Part shown: piece after piece, positions 30,465 through 40,152 of the stretch
Layout of the letters: each line of letters opens with the position of its first letter
Position numbering within the stretch: position 1 is the first letter of the stretch
NCBI GenBank assembly: GCA_947477565.1
Contig: CANJUR010000008.1
Coordinates: forward strand, 83,730 to 147,729
Length of the DNA: 64,000 nucleotides
Direction of reading: 5' to 3'
From: Deltaproteobacteria bacterium
GTDB lineage: Bacteria > Myxococcota_A > Polyangia > Polyangiales > Ga0077539
Notes under the pieces: generated by a model
Told to the model about the DNA's origin: nothing
The model's database searches: none
Seen by the model: the letters and a program-made list of their open reading frames with translations, nothing else
Translations under genes and position numbers: made by a program

Positions 30465-30881
30465 CTATTCCTGCGTCGCTGTGGTCGTTCCGGCGCTGTC
30501 GCCGGAAGCGGTCTTCTTTGTCTTCTTCGGCGCCGGGGGCGGCCGATCGGTCAACGTGATCGCGATGTGGCTCACGCCCTTCGTGATTTGTGTGGCCCGA
30601 CCCATCGCCCGCGGCCGCCAGCGGCGTAGGTTCGAGTTCGGTCCCTTATCGACCGATCCGATGGACACATACAGCCCATCGACGTCCACTGAGGGGTTGA
30701 GTACCCGCGCATTGGCCAACGCCGACTCGATCACCTTTCGGACGACCGGGGCCGCAGCCTTGCGGGTGTACAGCAACATGTTGATCGCCTCGGCCACCTT
30801 CTGGCCGCGGACTAGGTTTACTACCGTCCGCGCCTTTCGGGGCGCGATACGCGCAAACCGCGCAATCGCCTTGCTCTCCAT
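30465..30881 (-). CDS. rplV: 50S ribosomal protein L22
   Basis: RIAPRKAR.V...VRG, SALANA, VDKGP, PRAMGRA, SHI; start set at ATG 30881 (the 330-aa ORF extension runs antisense through the tRNA). Confidence 0.96.
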   Translation of the reverse strand: MESKAIARFARIAPRKARTVVNLVRGQKVAEAINMLLYTRKAAAPVVRKVIESALANARVLNPSVDVDGLYVSIGSVDKGPNSNLRRWRPRAMGRATQITKGVSHIAITLTDRPPPAPKKTKKTASGDSAGTTTATQE

Positions 30882-31025
30882 CGTCGTTGCTTCCGTTTCA
30901 CCAGCGCGGCGGCTCTCACCGAACCTGCTGGGCTCCCATCGACGCGTCCACCCGGGAATTGGGTGCAGCCGCCGACATAGAAGGTTTCGCCCTTCGGGAA
31001 CTAAGTTCCTTCGGGGAGGCCGCGG

Positions 31026-31055
31026 CGTGTACCATCCGTTTTCGTAGGTCGTCAA
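31026..31055 (-). promoter_or_regulatory. Putative sigma70-type promoter for rplV
   Basis: TTGACG-N18-(TG-n)-TACACG about 145 nt upstream of the rplV start. Confidence 0.4.
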
Positions 31056-31114
31056 GAGACTCTTGCAATCTTCCTCGCACCATTTTCGGAGCTCCTCTCG
31101 AATCCCCGAAGTAC

Positions 31115-31143
31115 TTGAGGGAATCCGTAGACGCTGATAGACC
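31115..31143 (+). promoter_or_regulatory. Putative sigma70-type promoter for tRNA-Leu
   Basis: TTGAGG-N17-TAGACC with an extended-10 TG, about 22 nt before the tRNA. Confidence 0.35.
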
Positions 31144-31165
31144 GCTGTCTCTTCCCCAACCCATT

Positions 31166-31253
31166 GCCGGAGTGGCGGAATTGGCAGACGCAGCGGATTC
31201 AAAATCCGCCGAGGTAACCCCTCGTACCGGTTCAACCCCGGTCTTCGGCACCA
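31166..31253 (+). tRNA. tRNA-Leu (anticodon CAA)
   Basis: Acceptor GCCGGAG/CTTCGGC-A-CCA; D-arm TGGCGGAATTGGCAGACGC; anticodon arm GCGGA-TTCAAAA-TCCGC; long variable arm; T-arm ACCGG-TTCAACC-CCGGT. Confidence 0.97.
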
Positions 31254-31278
31254 GCAGTACTTCGACCCGCGAATTATC

Positions 31279-31300
31279 GCCGAAACCACTGCGTTTCGGC
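31279..31300 (+). terminator. Stem-loop downstream of tRNA-Leu (possible terminator or processing signal)
   Basis: GCCGAAAC-CACTGC-GTTTCGGC perfect 8-bp stem; no U-tract. Confidence 0.35.
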
Positions 31301-31432
31301 ATGTCGCAGGGTATCCCGCCCGTCCACTACGATGGTCGATGTGATTCTTCACCTCCCTCGATGCCGCCTCGCGGCAGCGCTCGCAGCCCTGAGCCGCGTA
31401 CACTCCATCCCCCCCCAGGAGGAAGTAACACC

Positions 31433-33586
31433 ATGCGACATGACCCTCGCGGCGCAACCCAGCCCACCGCCTTCGCAGGCCTTCTGCTTGAGCAGTATGC
31501 CGAGACCTGGCGATTTCGACTCGGCGCGCCCGAGTACGTCCACATCACTCCAGACGGGCGAGAGGTGTTGTTTCTCCGTTCGGGGAGGCGAAACTTCGTG
31601 CGCGACTTGTTCGCGTTCGATGTCGGAACGGGGGCGGAGTGTCTACTGCTCACCGCCGCAGAGGTGCTCCGCGGAGCTGATGAAGCCCTCAGCGTCGACG
31701 AGCGTGCCCGACGACAGCGCATGCGAGTTTCAGCTCGCGGCATCGCATCTTTTCAGATGTCGCCCGATGGGACGCAGATTCTCTTTCCCCTCTCCGGTCG
31801 GCTCTACGTGTTCGTGCGCGCGAGCCGGAGCGTGCGCGCTCTTACCGACGAGGGCGGCACGCCGATTGATCCCCGATGGTCGCCGGACGGCACACGCGTA
31901 GCGTGCGTGCGCGATGGCGAACTTTGCGTGATCGACGTCGCCAGCGGCGCGCAACGCAAAATCACGGAGGGAGATACCCCGGGGATCACCCATGGCACCG
32001 CGGAGTTCGTCGCACAGGAGGAGATGGGCCGGATGGAGGGCTACTGGTGGTCGCCGGACGCCCGAACGCTCGCCTATCAAGAGACCGACGAACGAGAGGT
32101 CGAGCGATTCCAGATCGCGGACCCAATGCACCCCGAGCGGGCCAACGATTCCTTCGCGTATCCCCGAGCAGGGCGGCATAACGCGCTCGTGAGACTCGGG
32201 CTCATGGCCGCGGAAGGCGGGCCCACAACGTGGGTTCAGTGGGATCGTGAGGCCTTTCCCTACCTCGCGAAGGTGGCGTGGAACCAAGGCTCGCCGCTGA
32301 CCATCCTGGTGCAGAATCGAGACCAGACCGTCGAGGAATTACTCGCCGTCGCGTCCGATGGGACGACGCGCCTGCTGCTCACGGAAACCGATCCGAAGTG
32401 GGTTAATATCGATCCGTCCGTTCCGCGGTGGCTACCCGACGGATCTGGATTCCTCTGGTCGACTGAGCGTGGCGGGAGCTCGCAGCTCGAACTTCGGCGG
32501 CCGGACGGGACGCTCGATCGAGTCGTGGTGCCCCCAGAGGTCGGGTACCGACGCTTATTGCACATCGATGGTGCGATACGCTCCATCCGATATCTCGCAA
32601 GCGCAGAGCCTACAGAGCAACACGTCTGGCGAAGCTCGCTCGATGAGCCCGCGGACAGGACGCGGGAGACCTCAACTCCCGGCGAACACGACGCTGAATA
32701 CGGTGGAAGAGGCGTTAGGGTGATCTACCGCAGCGCGCTTACGGAGGCGTCTACGTGGGAGGTCTCGCTGGGCGAAACGACCGTCGGACACCTCACCTCG
32801 CTCGTCGAAGAGCCCTCACTTTCGCCGCGAGTCGAGCTCGTGAGTGTAGGTGCAGACGACCTTCGCGCGGCGATCGTTCGCCCCTCGAACCACCGTCAGG
32901 GAATGCGCTACCCGGTGATTTTGATGGTGTACGGGGGGCCTCATGCGCAGACCGTCGTGCAGGCGCGCGGCCGGTTCATTTTGGCTCAGTTTTTCGCAGA
33001 ACAAGGCTTCGTCGTCGTGTCTCTCGATGGTCGTGGGACGCCGAATCGAGGACGTGACTGGGAGCGAGCCATCTATCAGGCCTTTGGAGATGTTCCGCTC
33101 GATGATCAGGTGCGCGGCCTGCAGGCGCTGGGGGCCCGTTTCCCCGAACTCGATCTCGAGCGCGTCGGCGTGTACGGCTGGTCTTTCGGTGGCTATCTCG
33201 CAGCACTTGCAATGCTGCGTCGATCGGACGTCTTTCGCGCAGGAATCGCAGGGGCGCCCGTCGCGGACTGGGCCGACTACGACACGCACTATACCGAGCG
33301 GTACATGGGCGTTCCGCTTAGGGCCGACGATGCTGCCTATCAGAGAAGCTCGCTATTGAGCTGGGCCGATGGACTCCGCCGTCCGCTTCTCGTCGTACAC
33401 GGAACCGCGGACGACAACGTCTACTTCCTCCACGGAGTCCGACTGTCGGATGCCCTGTTTCGCGCGGGACGGCCACACGAATTCCTCCCGCTCGCGGGCT
33501 CCACTCACAGCGTCGCAGACCCGGTGGTCGCGCAGTTGCTCTTCCATCGAATGGCAGACTTCTTCCGTCGTCACCTGCACCCGTAA
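31433..33586 (+). CDS. Dipeptidyl peptidase IV-like S9 family serine peptidase
   Basis: AGGAGG RBS; DPPIV_N propeller (AEFVAQEEM...GYWWSPD, YPRAG), VYGGP, GWSFGG nucleophile, HGTADDNV, catalytic His. Confidence 0.93.
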   Translation: MRHDPRGATQPTAFAGLLLEQYAETWRFRLGAPEYVHITPDGREVLFLRSGRRNFVRDLFAFDVGTGAECLLLTAAEVLRGADEALSVDERARRQRMRVSARGIASFQMSPDGTQILFPLSGRLYVFVRASRSVRALTDEGGTPIDPRWSPDGTRVACVRDGELCVIDVASGAQRKITEGDTPGITHGTAEFVAQEEMGRMEGYWWSPDARTLAYQETDEREVERFQIADPMHPERANDSFAYPRAGRHNALVRLGLMAAEGGPTTWVQWDREAFPYLAKVAWNQGSPLTILVQNRDQTVEELLAVASDGTTRLLLTETDPKWVNIDPSVPRWLPDGSGFLWSTERGGSSQLELRRPDGTLDRVVVPPEVGYRRLLHIDGAIRSIRYLASAEPTEQHVWRSSLDEPADRTRETSTPGEHDAEYGGRGVRVIYRSALTEASTWEVSLGETTVGHLTSLVEEPSLSPRVELVSVGADDLRAAIVRPSNHRQGMRYPVILMVYGGPHAQTVVQARGRFILAQFFAEQGFVVVSLDGRGTPNRGRDWERAIYQAFGDVPLDDQVRGLQALGARFPELDLERVGVYGWSFGGYLAALAMLRRSDVFRAGIAGAPVADWADYDTHYTERYMGVPLRADDAAYQRSSLLSWADGLRRPLLVVHGTADDNVYFLHGVRLSDALFRAGRPHEFLPLAGSTHSVADPVVAQLLFHRMADFFRRHLHP

Positions 33587-35040
33587 ACCAAGGGCGCAAC
33601 CTCGATGATCGCGATGTCGTAGAGAGCGGGGTTGACGTAGCGATCGCGGACGAAGCGAGCACGGACGTGGCCCCGCACAAACGACACGCCGTGCACCTCG
33701 CTCGTGACGAAGAGAGTGTCCGTCGCGGTGAGCCGTAGACGCGAGAGATCGTGGGCATCCTGGATGTCGATGACCCGTGCGGCTGGGATCAACGCGCGGA
33801 TCCACGGACCGAGTTGGGCCGTCGCGATGACCGTGTGCGCAGCGTCGGTGTGGTGGGAGAGCCAGAGGGCCAGAGAAGAAGTCGGAGGAGGCGCGTCACG
33901 CTGGGTTCGCGCCAGACGAAACGACTCGTGCGCGAGGGAGACCAGCGCGACAAGCACGACCGCGGGCGCGGCACGGGACCACCTGCGGGAGAGCGCAGAC
34001 ACCCCAACGCCGAAGCACCACGCCAGCGCGGGAAGGATCGGAAGAAGGTGCCGCGGCGACCAGAGGATGTTCTGTCCGAAGTAAGCCCACGCTGCGTAGA
34101 AGAGGGCGCTCCCGGCGACGAGCCGAGAGGTTCGCACCGGAGTGTCTGCGCCGCGCAGAAGTGCTGTCAGGCCGACGAGCGAGGTCGCGGTAACGATCGC
34201 ACCCGCGGCGAGGAGATGCGTCGGGCGATCAGCCCACCCGCCCCCGAGGCAGTGGGTCCAGAGCGTCCAGAGAAAGGCACGGGAGCGGGCTACAAGATCA
34301 GGTTGCGTGATCACCGTGCCGCCGAAACGCTGGAAGTGACCGGTGCCATGGTGGAAGACGAGGCGGAGGAAACACCCGAGGCCCGTGACGATGATCACCG
34401 GGAGGTACCCAAGCACCGTGATGAGCGCGAAAACAGCGACCGCGACGACCCGGTGACGACGGTCGCGCCCCAGCGCCAGGATGAGCGCAGGGGCACAGAG
34501 CGCGAAGGTCGATGCGCGGACCAGGAGAACCAGAGCAGAGAGAGCGGCGGTGCGACGGGCGTCGGCCGCTGGGCGCGTCGCAGACAGCAACGCCCACCAT
34601 CCGATCGCTGCGCCGAGCATGTCAGAGAGGGGACGCGCGGAGAGAGTCGTGGAGAGCGGGACGAGCATGAGCAGAGCCGCAGCCTGCGCAGCAGCAGACG
34701 GACCCACGCGCGGAATACACCAACGTGTAAAAAGTATGATGAGCGCCGAGAGGGCGAGCGCCGAGATGAGCGAGAGGCTCCACGCAGGCGACGGACCGAG
34801 GCGATGAACCGCCGAGCCGAGCGCGATGAAGAGGGGATAGCCCGGAGGGTGGGGATGACCCTGTACGAGGTCGTAGCGGAGAAGAGCGCGGACGAAGCGA
34901 ACACCGTCCGGATCCTGGGGTGTCGAGACGCAGAACGGGAGGCGGAAAGCCAGGGCAACCCCGCCGGCCACCCAAGGGAGCAGCGCCGCGAGGGGGGCGC
35001 TCAGCGAATCAGTTCGAGCCGGCGTCGGCGCCGTTACCAC
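33571..35040 (-). CDS. Multi-pass membrane protein, probable GT-C glycosyltransferase
   Basis: D.D...F..AL..YD....PHPPGYP first loop, many TM helices, PRHLLP motif. Confidence 0.65.
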   Translation of the reverse strand: MVTAPTPARTDSLSAPLAALLPWVAGGVALAFRLPFCVSTPQDPDGVRFVRALLRYDLVQGHPHPPGYPLFIALGSAVHRLGPSPAWSLSLISALALSALIILFTRWCIPRVGPSAAAQAAALLMLVPLSTTLSARPLSDMLGAAIGWWALLSATRPAADARRTAALSALVLLVRASTFALCAPALILALGRDRRHRVVAVAVFALITVLGYLPVIIVTGLGCFLRLVFHHGTGHFQRFGGTVITQPDLVARSRAFLWTLWTHCLGGGWADRPTHLLAAGAIVTATSLVGLTALLRGADTPVRTSRLVAGSALFYAAWAYFGQNILWSPRHLLPILPALAWCFGVGVSALSRRWSRAAPAVVLVALVSLAHESFRLARTQRDAPPPTSSLALWLSHHTDAAHTVIATAQLGPWIRALIPAARVIDIQDAHDLSRLRLTATDTLFVTSEVHGVSFVRGHVRARFVRDRYVNPALYDIAIIEVAPLVYGCR

Positions 35041-35347
35041 TGCCCGTTCCGCTCATGTACGGCGTCGCAAGAGGGGAACCCAGGTTTGGAAGTAGCCCTG
35101 CCACACAGTCGCACCCGCCATAGGCGGCCCCGCCTTCGGGCACCGCGAGACAGGTGCGGTAGCCGTAGGAAGCCCCTCCATCGGGCGCGCCCGCACATCG
35201 GCACTGGGTCTGGTCACCCGGTAAGCACTGAGGACGCGCGTCCCCGCCACAACCCGCCAGCAGTGCCAAAAAAGACGAGGCGATCCACGAAGAATGAAGG
35301 GATCTACGCACGAATGAGGAAACTAGGCCGATGAGAGCGAGAGTCAA
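35009..35347 (-). CDS. Small Cys-rich lipoprotein (start uncertain)
   Basis: Lipobox LAGC; C.PG....C.C...G.RTC.......G.C.C motif. Confidence 0.55.
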   Translation of the reverse strand: MTLALIGLVSSFVRRSLHSSWIASSFLALLAGCGGDARPQCLPGDQTQCRCAGAPDGGASYGYRTCLAVPEGGAAYGGCDCVAGLLPNLGSPLATPYMSGTGSGNGADAGSN

Positions 35348-35410
35348 GATTGATTTGGCACGATAGGGTGGGTTTGCCTGGGCGCTGTCAGTCGGAGTAT
35401 CGCGACGACG

Positions 35411-36811
35411 ATGGATGTCCTTCCGACCGACGCCGCGCTGACCGCGCTGCGGGCAGCGTTTTCCGAGGATCTCGTCAGCTTCGACCGTGACCTGTTTGGC
35501 ACCTACGGGCGCGATTGGACCCGGGTTTTTGATCCTGCGCCCTGCGCCGTGGCCCGGCCACGAAGCACCGCGGAGGTTGCTGCCATCGTGGGCTTCTGCG
35601 CGACGAATGACATCGCGGTGGTTCCGTCGGGCGGGCGCACGGGGCTCGCGGGCGGCGCGGTGGCAGCGCGCGGAGAGTTAGTGCTTTCACTCGAGCGAAT
35701 GCGACGCATGGACCCCGTGGATCGAGTGGCGCAGACCGTTCGGGTGCAAGCCGGCGCGGTGACCGAGGCGGTGCACGAACACTGCGCTCCGCACGGACTG
35801 ACCTGGCCAGTGGACTTTGCATCGAAGGGTTCGTCGCACGTCGGCGGAAACATCGCGACGAACGCCGGCGGGGTGAAGGTGATCCGCTACGGATTGACGC
35901 GCCATTGGGTGCTCGGGCTCGAAGTGGTCACCGCGCAGGGCCAAGTGCTGTCACTCAACGGCGCACTCGAAAAAAACAACACCGGTGTCGATCTGCGACA
36001 GCTTTTCATCGGTAGCGAAGGGACGCTCGGAATCATCACCGAAGCCACACTGCGGCTGTCCCGATTGCCCGGTGCGCTCGACGTGATGCTGTACGCGGTG
36101 CCCGACCTTCCCGCGGTGCTGCGACTCTTCGATGCGGCGCGGCAGGGGCCGTTCACGCTGTCGGCGTTCGAGTTCTTCACCGACCGGGCGGCTGCGAGGG
36201 TTCGCCGCCACCGGGGGCTCGAAGCGCCGTTCGCCGTGGAGGGCGGGTGCTACGTGCTCGTCGAGGCAGAGGCCGCCGATCGCGAGGCCCTGGAGCAGTG
36301 GGCCGCAGGCCTCTTCGAGCAGTCCCTGGTGAGCGATGGCGTGCTCGCGCAAAACCGCACGCAAGCGGCAGCGCTCTGGCAGTTGCGCGAGGCGATCTCC
36401 GAGAGCCTTTCTGGTACCGGCGTGCCGCACAAAAATGACGTGGCGTTGCCCATCGCAGCGCTCGCGCCGTTTTGCGCGTCGCTCGATGCGCTTTTTGCCG
36501 AGCGCTACCCAGGCTGGGAGGTCGTGCTGTTCGGGCACATCGGCGACGGCAACCTTCACATCAACGTGATGAAGCCCGAGGACCTCGAACGCACAGAGTT
36601 CTTCGCTCGAACCGGGGAAGCCGACCACGCCCTATTCACGTTGGTTCGAGCGCACGGCGGGAGCATCTCCGCGGAGCACGGAATCGGACTGCTCAAGAAG
36701 CCGTATCTCGCCTACTCGCGGTCGCCCGAAGAGATCGCGCTGCTCAGGGCCATCAAGCAAGCCTTCGACCCGCGGGGAATCCTCAACCCAGGCAAAATCC
36801 TGGACGCCTGA
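35411..36811 (+). CDS. FAD-linked 2-hydroxyacid oxidase/dehydrogenase (GlcD / D-2-hydroxyglutarate dehydrogenase-like)
   Basis: PSGGRTGLAGGA, GGNIATNAGG, LFIGSEGTLGI, GHIGDGNLH, ISAEHGIG, DP.GILNPGK. Confidence 0.92.
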   Translation: MDVLPTDAALTALRAAFSEDLVSFDRDLFGTYGRDWTRVFDPAPCAVARPRSTAEVAAIVGFCATNDIAVVPSGGRTGLAGGAVAARGELVLSLERMRRMDPVDRVAQTVRVQAGAVTEAVHEHCAPHGLTWPVDFASKGSSHVGGNIATNAGGVKVIRYGLTRHWVLGLEVVTAQGQVLSLNGALEKNNTGVDLRQLFIGSEGTLGIITEATLRLSRLPGALDVMLYAVPDLPAVLRLFDAARQGPFTLSAFEFFTDRAAARVRRHRGLEAPFAVEGGCYVLVEAEAADREALEQWAAGLFEQSLVSDGVLAQNRTQAAALWQLREAISESLSGTGVPHKNDVALPIAALAPFCASLDALFAERYPGWEVVLFGHIGDGNLHINVMKPEDLERTEFFARTGEADHALFTLVRAHGGSISAEHGIGLLKKPYLAYSRSPEEIALLRAIKQAFDPRGILNPGKILDA

Positions 36812-36895
36812 CCGGCACGGGAGCGGATCACCCATCGTCGCATCCACTGCCCGCTTGCCTCGCAGCCAACGCGGCGAGGATCATCCGCGCCCGCA

Positions 36896-39052
36896 ATGGC
36901 ACGTCGTCCTTCTCGTCCCCAAGGAACCCGCGGCTGGCGCACGATTCCGGCATCGTCAACGCCGACCCCACGGGCGAACCCTCCCCCGGCCGCAGAAGAG
37001 TCCGCCGATCGGGCGATGGAGCCGGAAACTCTGCTGCCTGGCGAGCGCCCGTGGGAGCAGCACCTCGTCGTCGGGCTCCTCACGCTCATCGTTCAAGCAC
37101 TGCAATACCGCTTGCTGGCAAGCGATCCGTCGGTATCAGGGCCGATCATCGATGGTCGCGAGTATCACGCAGAAGCCATGCGTCTCGTGCAGTCGGGAGT
37201 GGCCCCCACGCTGCCGCATTGGCAATCACCGCTGTTCGCCTGGGCCCTCGCGGGAGCGTATCGACTCTTCGAAGCGAAACCCGCCGTCGGGCTGATCGCG
37301 CAGGCCTTCTGCGCGTTCGCCATCACCCAACTCGTCGTGTCCATTGCGCGCACGGTGCTTCCTCCGCGCGCTGTGCTCGCCGTGGGCCTCTGTGCCGCCC
37401 TGTACGGCCCGCTGCTCTTCTTCTCGTCGCAGCTCATCGCCGCGCCGCTCGATGCCGCGCTGGCGCTCCTCGCGCTGGCCATCGCGGTCCGCTCGTCGGC
37501 CGCGAGCGCATCCTGGGTTCACCTCGCACAGGGCCTCGCGCTCGGCATCGCAGTCGCTGCCCGCGGAACCGTCGCTCCGTTCGGCATCTTCCTCGTCTGG
37601 CGAATCTTCCAGGCCCGCGCGACGCTGCCCCTCCCTGCCCTCGCCACACGCGGCGCAGCACTGGCACTGGGCGCGCTCGGGGGTCTGCTGCCCGTGGGCG
37701 CCTCCACCTGGCTTCGATACGGGAAGTTCAGCCTCGCAACCGCCAACGCCGGCGTGAACCTCTTCGTCGGCAACAACAGCGACATCGGCTCCAGCACGGC
37801 GATTCGTCCAGGGTGGCGCTGGGACGACCTCAACTTCGAGCCCGCGCGACACCAGATCTTCGAGCCGTTTGCGCAGTCCGCGTTTTTCACCGAACGCGCT
37901 GTCGGCTGGGCGCTGCACCACCCGTACGCCTTTGTGCGGGCGCTGCTGATGAAGTTCGTGGACACGTTCAATGGCGCTGAAATCGCGCGCAATCTGGACC
38001 CCTACGGTGCCCTCGGGCGCACCCCGCTCACCGCCGTCCTGCTCTGGCAACACGGCCTGCGTTTTCCCTTCGGAGTCGTACTTCCGCTCGCCGTCGTCGG
38101 TGTCTGGAGCGCTCTCCGCGATGCCGACGCAGCACCTGCGCAGCGCCGCTCGTGGCAGGCGCTCGTCGCCTTCGTCAGTCTGAACGCGCTCGGAATCACT
38201 GTATTTTTCCCGTCAGGTCGCTACCGACTGGGCCTCGCGCTCGCGCTGCTCGTGCCCGCAGTCGAAGGCTGCCGCGTGCTCGGGCGATGGTGGCGAGCAC
38301 GGACGTTCGATCGACGAATCGCCGCCGTGGGGGCCGCGCTGCTGATCGCCGTCAATGTCGTCGCACCTATGACCGGACCCGATCTTCGAGAGGAAGGCGC
38401 GCTGCAGATCGGATGGGCGCACCTCTCGGCCGGACGCGTGGCCGACGCAGTGCGCGTGCTCACCGCCGAGAGCTTGCGCCGACCCGACGATGCGGATGTC
38501 TGGCGGACCCTCGGCGAGGCCCTGGACCGCGCGGGCGACCAGCCAGGAGCGATCACAGCGCTACGACAAGCCGTTCTCGTGGCGCCGCGGAATGCCCACG
38601 CGCGGCACCATCTCGGGACGATCCTGTTTACGACCGGGAGAGCGGCGGAGGCGCGACCAGAGTTGGAGTCTGCCGTTCGTCTCTGGCCCGCGCACCCGCT
38701 CGCATGGATCGACCTCGCAGGAGCCTGCCTCGATACGAACGACCCCGCGGCCGCGCTTCGCGCTGGGGATGCCGCCGTGCGCCATAACCCCAACGGCGGC
38801 TACGGCTGGTACTACCGTGGCCTCGCGCGGCAACGGACCGGAGACTCCGTCGGCGCCCTCGGTGACCTCGCCCAGGCCGCGCTGCTTCTGCCCACCGCGA
38901 TGGATGTCCGGCTGGACTGGGTCCAGGCAATCGACGCCAGCGGCCGACGAGGCGACGCACTGAGCGCACTGCGTGAGGTGGTACGCGTGGCGCCGCGCAA
39001 CCGCCGCGCACGTGCATTACTGCGGCAATGGGAAACGACCACGCGACCGTGA
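36896..39052 (+). CDS. PMT/ArnT-like GT-C glycosyltransferase fused to C-terminal TPR repeats (start may be ATG 37016)
   Basis: PIIDG.EY loop, QSPL.., GVNLFVGNN, FF..GRYRL motifs, then about five TPR units. Confidence 0.75.
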   Translation: MARRPSRPQGTRGWRTIPASSTPTPRANPPPAAEESADRAMEPETLLPGERPWEQHLVVGLLTLIVQALQYRLLASDPSVSGPIIDGREYHAEAMRLVQSGVAPTLPHWQSPLFAWALAGAYRLFEAKPAVGLIAQAFCAFAITQLVVSIARTVLPPRAVLAVGLCAALYGPLLFFSSQLIAAPLDAALALLALAIAVRSSAASASWVHLAQGLALGIAVAARGTVAPFGIFLVWRIFQARATLPLPALATRGAALALGALGGLLPVGASTWLRYGKFSLATANAGVNLFVGNNSDIGSSTAIRPGWRWDDLNFEPARHQIFEPFAQSAFFTERAVGWALHHPYAFVRALLMKFVDTFNGAEIARNLDPYGALGRTPLTAVLLWQHGLRFPFGVVLPLAVVGVWSALRDADAAPAQRRSWQALVAFVSLNALGITVFFPSGRYRLGLALALLVPAVEGCRVLGRWWRARTFDRRIAAVGAALLIAVNVVAPMTGPDLREEGALQIGWAHLSAGRVADAVRVLTAESLRRPDDADVWRTLGEALDRAGDQPGAITALRQAVLVAPRNAHARHHLGTILFTTGRAAEARPELESAVRLWPAHPLAWIDLAGACLDTNDPAAALRAGDAAVRHNPNGGYGWYYRGLARQRTGDSVGALGDLAQAALLLPTAMDVRLDWVQAIDASGRRGDALSALREVVRVAPRNRRARALLRQWETTTRP

Positions 39053-39114
39053 CGGGGCTGCGCGAGGCCGCTGCGTCGTTTGCGACGGCCCATGGTGGGA
39101 GGTAGCTTTCTCCG

Positions 39115-39666
39115 ATGCGAGAGATCGCGCTGGGACAGTGGACCTACTTCGCCTGGCACCTCCCAACAACACTGCTTTGCATCGCAGCAAGTGCCCTGGC
39201 GGCGGTTCTGGCCAAGTCGCTGTGGTGCGAGGATTTCAGTCTCGGAGAGCGGCGGTTGCGGTTCTCCGTGCTCGGATGGAGCGCGGTGCTCGCGTCGGTG
39301 CTTTCGCTCGCGGCCTGGCCATACCTCGCGGCGTTCGCCTCGGTAGAAGTGCGCCGCGACGGCTCATGGACGCTGCGCAACTACCTTGGCGTGCCGATCG
39401 CGGTGCTTCCTGCATCGGAGTCTCGACGCCTCGAGGGCGAAGATCTGGGCGGACTCAACCTCGGCTCGGGACGCATCCGAGTGCTCCGTGCCGATGGCAC
39501 TACGCTCGACTCGGTGCGCATCTCCGGGCAACGGTTCGATCGCGCCCGCCTTGAGTTCGGCTACCCCCTTGAAGCGCTGCGCACGGCGCGCGGGACCGTT
39601 CTCACCGGCGCACACACCTTCGGACCCCATGGCCCGGTGCTGGGCGCTCCCCTCGCCTCACGCTGA
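39115..39666 (+). CDS. Hypothetical membrane protein
   Basis: GGGAGG RBS; two TM segments plus a soluble domain. Confidence 0.55.
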   Translation: MREIALGQWTYFAWHLPTTLLCIAASALAAVLAKSLWCEDFSLGERRLRFSVLGWSAVLASVLSLAAWPYLAAFASVEVRRDGSWTLRNYLGVPIAVLPASESRRLEGEDLGGLNLGSGRIRVLRADGTTLDSVRISGQRFDRARLEFGYPLEALRTARGTVLTGAHTFGPHGPVLGAPLASR

Positions 39667-40140
39667 CGCCGACAACGCCACAAACGCAGCGATCACCGCC
39701 GCGGGCGCCTGAACCAGTTCTACCAGCACACCCTCCGCTCCGCGGGGAGCCTCGGCGTTGCCCTTCGGGTGCACAAAGCACACGTCGAAGCCCGAAGCCC
39801 CGCGACGAATACCTCCCGGGGTAAACCGAACCCCCTGCGCGGAGAGCCAGGCGACCGCCGCAGGTAGGTCGTCGATCCAGAGTCCAACGTGGTTGAGCGC
39901 AGGCTCGTGCACCCGCGGGCTGCGTGACGGATCAATCGGCTGCATGAGGTCGATCTCCACGCGGGCGAGCCCGAGGCCGACGCTCGTGATGTCCTCATCG
40001 ACGTTCTCTCGCTCGCTGCGGTAAGTGCCCTCAGGGGTGAACCCGAGGAGATCGACCCAGAACGCTCGCAGCGCTGCCTTGTCAGCTCCGCCAACGGCGA
40101 TCTGCTGCACTCCCAGGACGCGAAATGGACGAACGCTCAT
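39658..40140 (-). CDS. VOC family protein (methylmalonyl-CoA epimerase-like)
   Basis: [41 protein letters not shown]. Confidence 0.85.
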   Translation of the reverse strand: MSVRPFRVLGVQQIAVGGADKAALRAFWVDLLGFTPEGTYRSERENVDEDITSVGLGLARVEIDLMQPIDPSRSPRVHEPALNHVGLWIDDLPAAVAWLSAQGVRFTPGGIRRGASGFDVCFVHPKGNAEAPRGAEGVLVELVQAPAAVIAAFVALSASA

Positions 40141-40152
40141 CGGGACTCCTCT

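Noticed and set aside
30882-31457. Large N-terminal extensions of L22 (330 aa) and the S9 peptidase (899 aa)
   Set aside because: Both run across the tRNA gene, and better starts exist at 30881 and 31433
31166-33586. Genomic island or prophage integrated at tRNA-Leu
   Set aside because: No integrase follows the tRNA, and I saw no duplicate of its 3' end in the window
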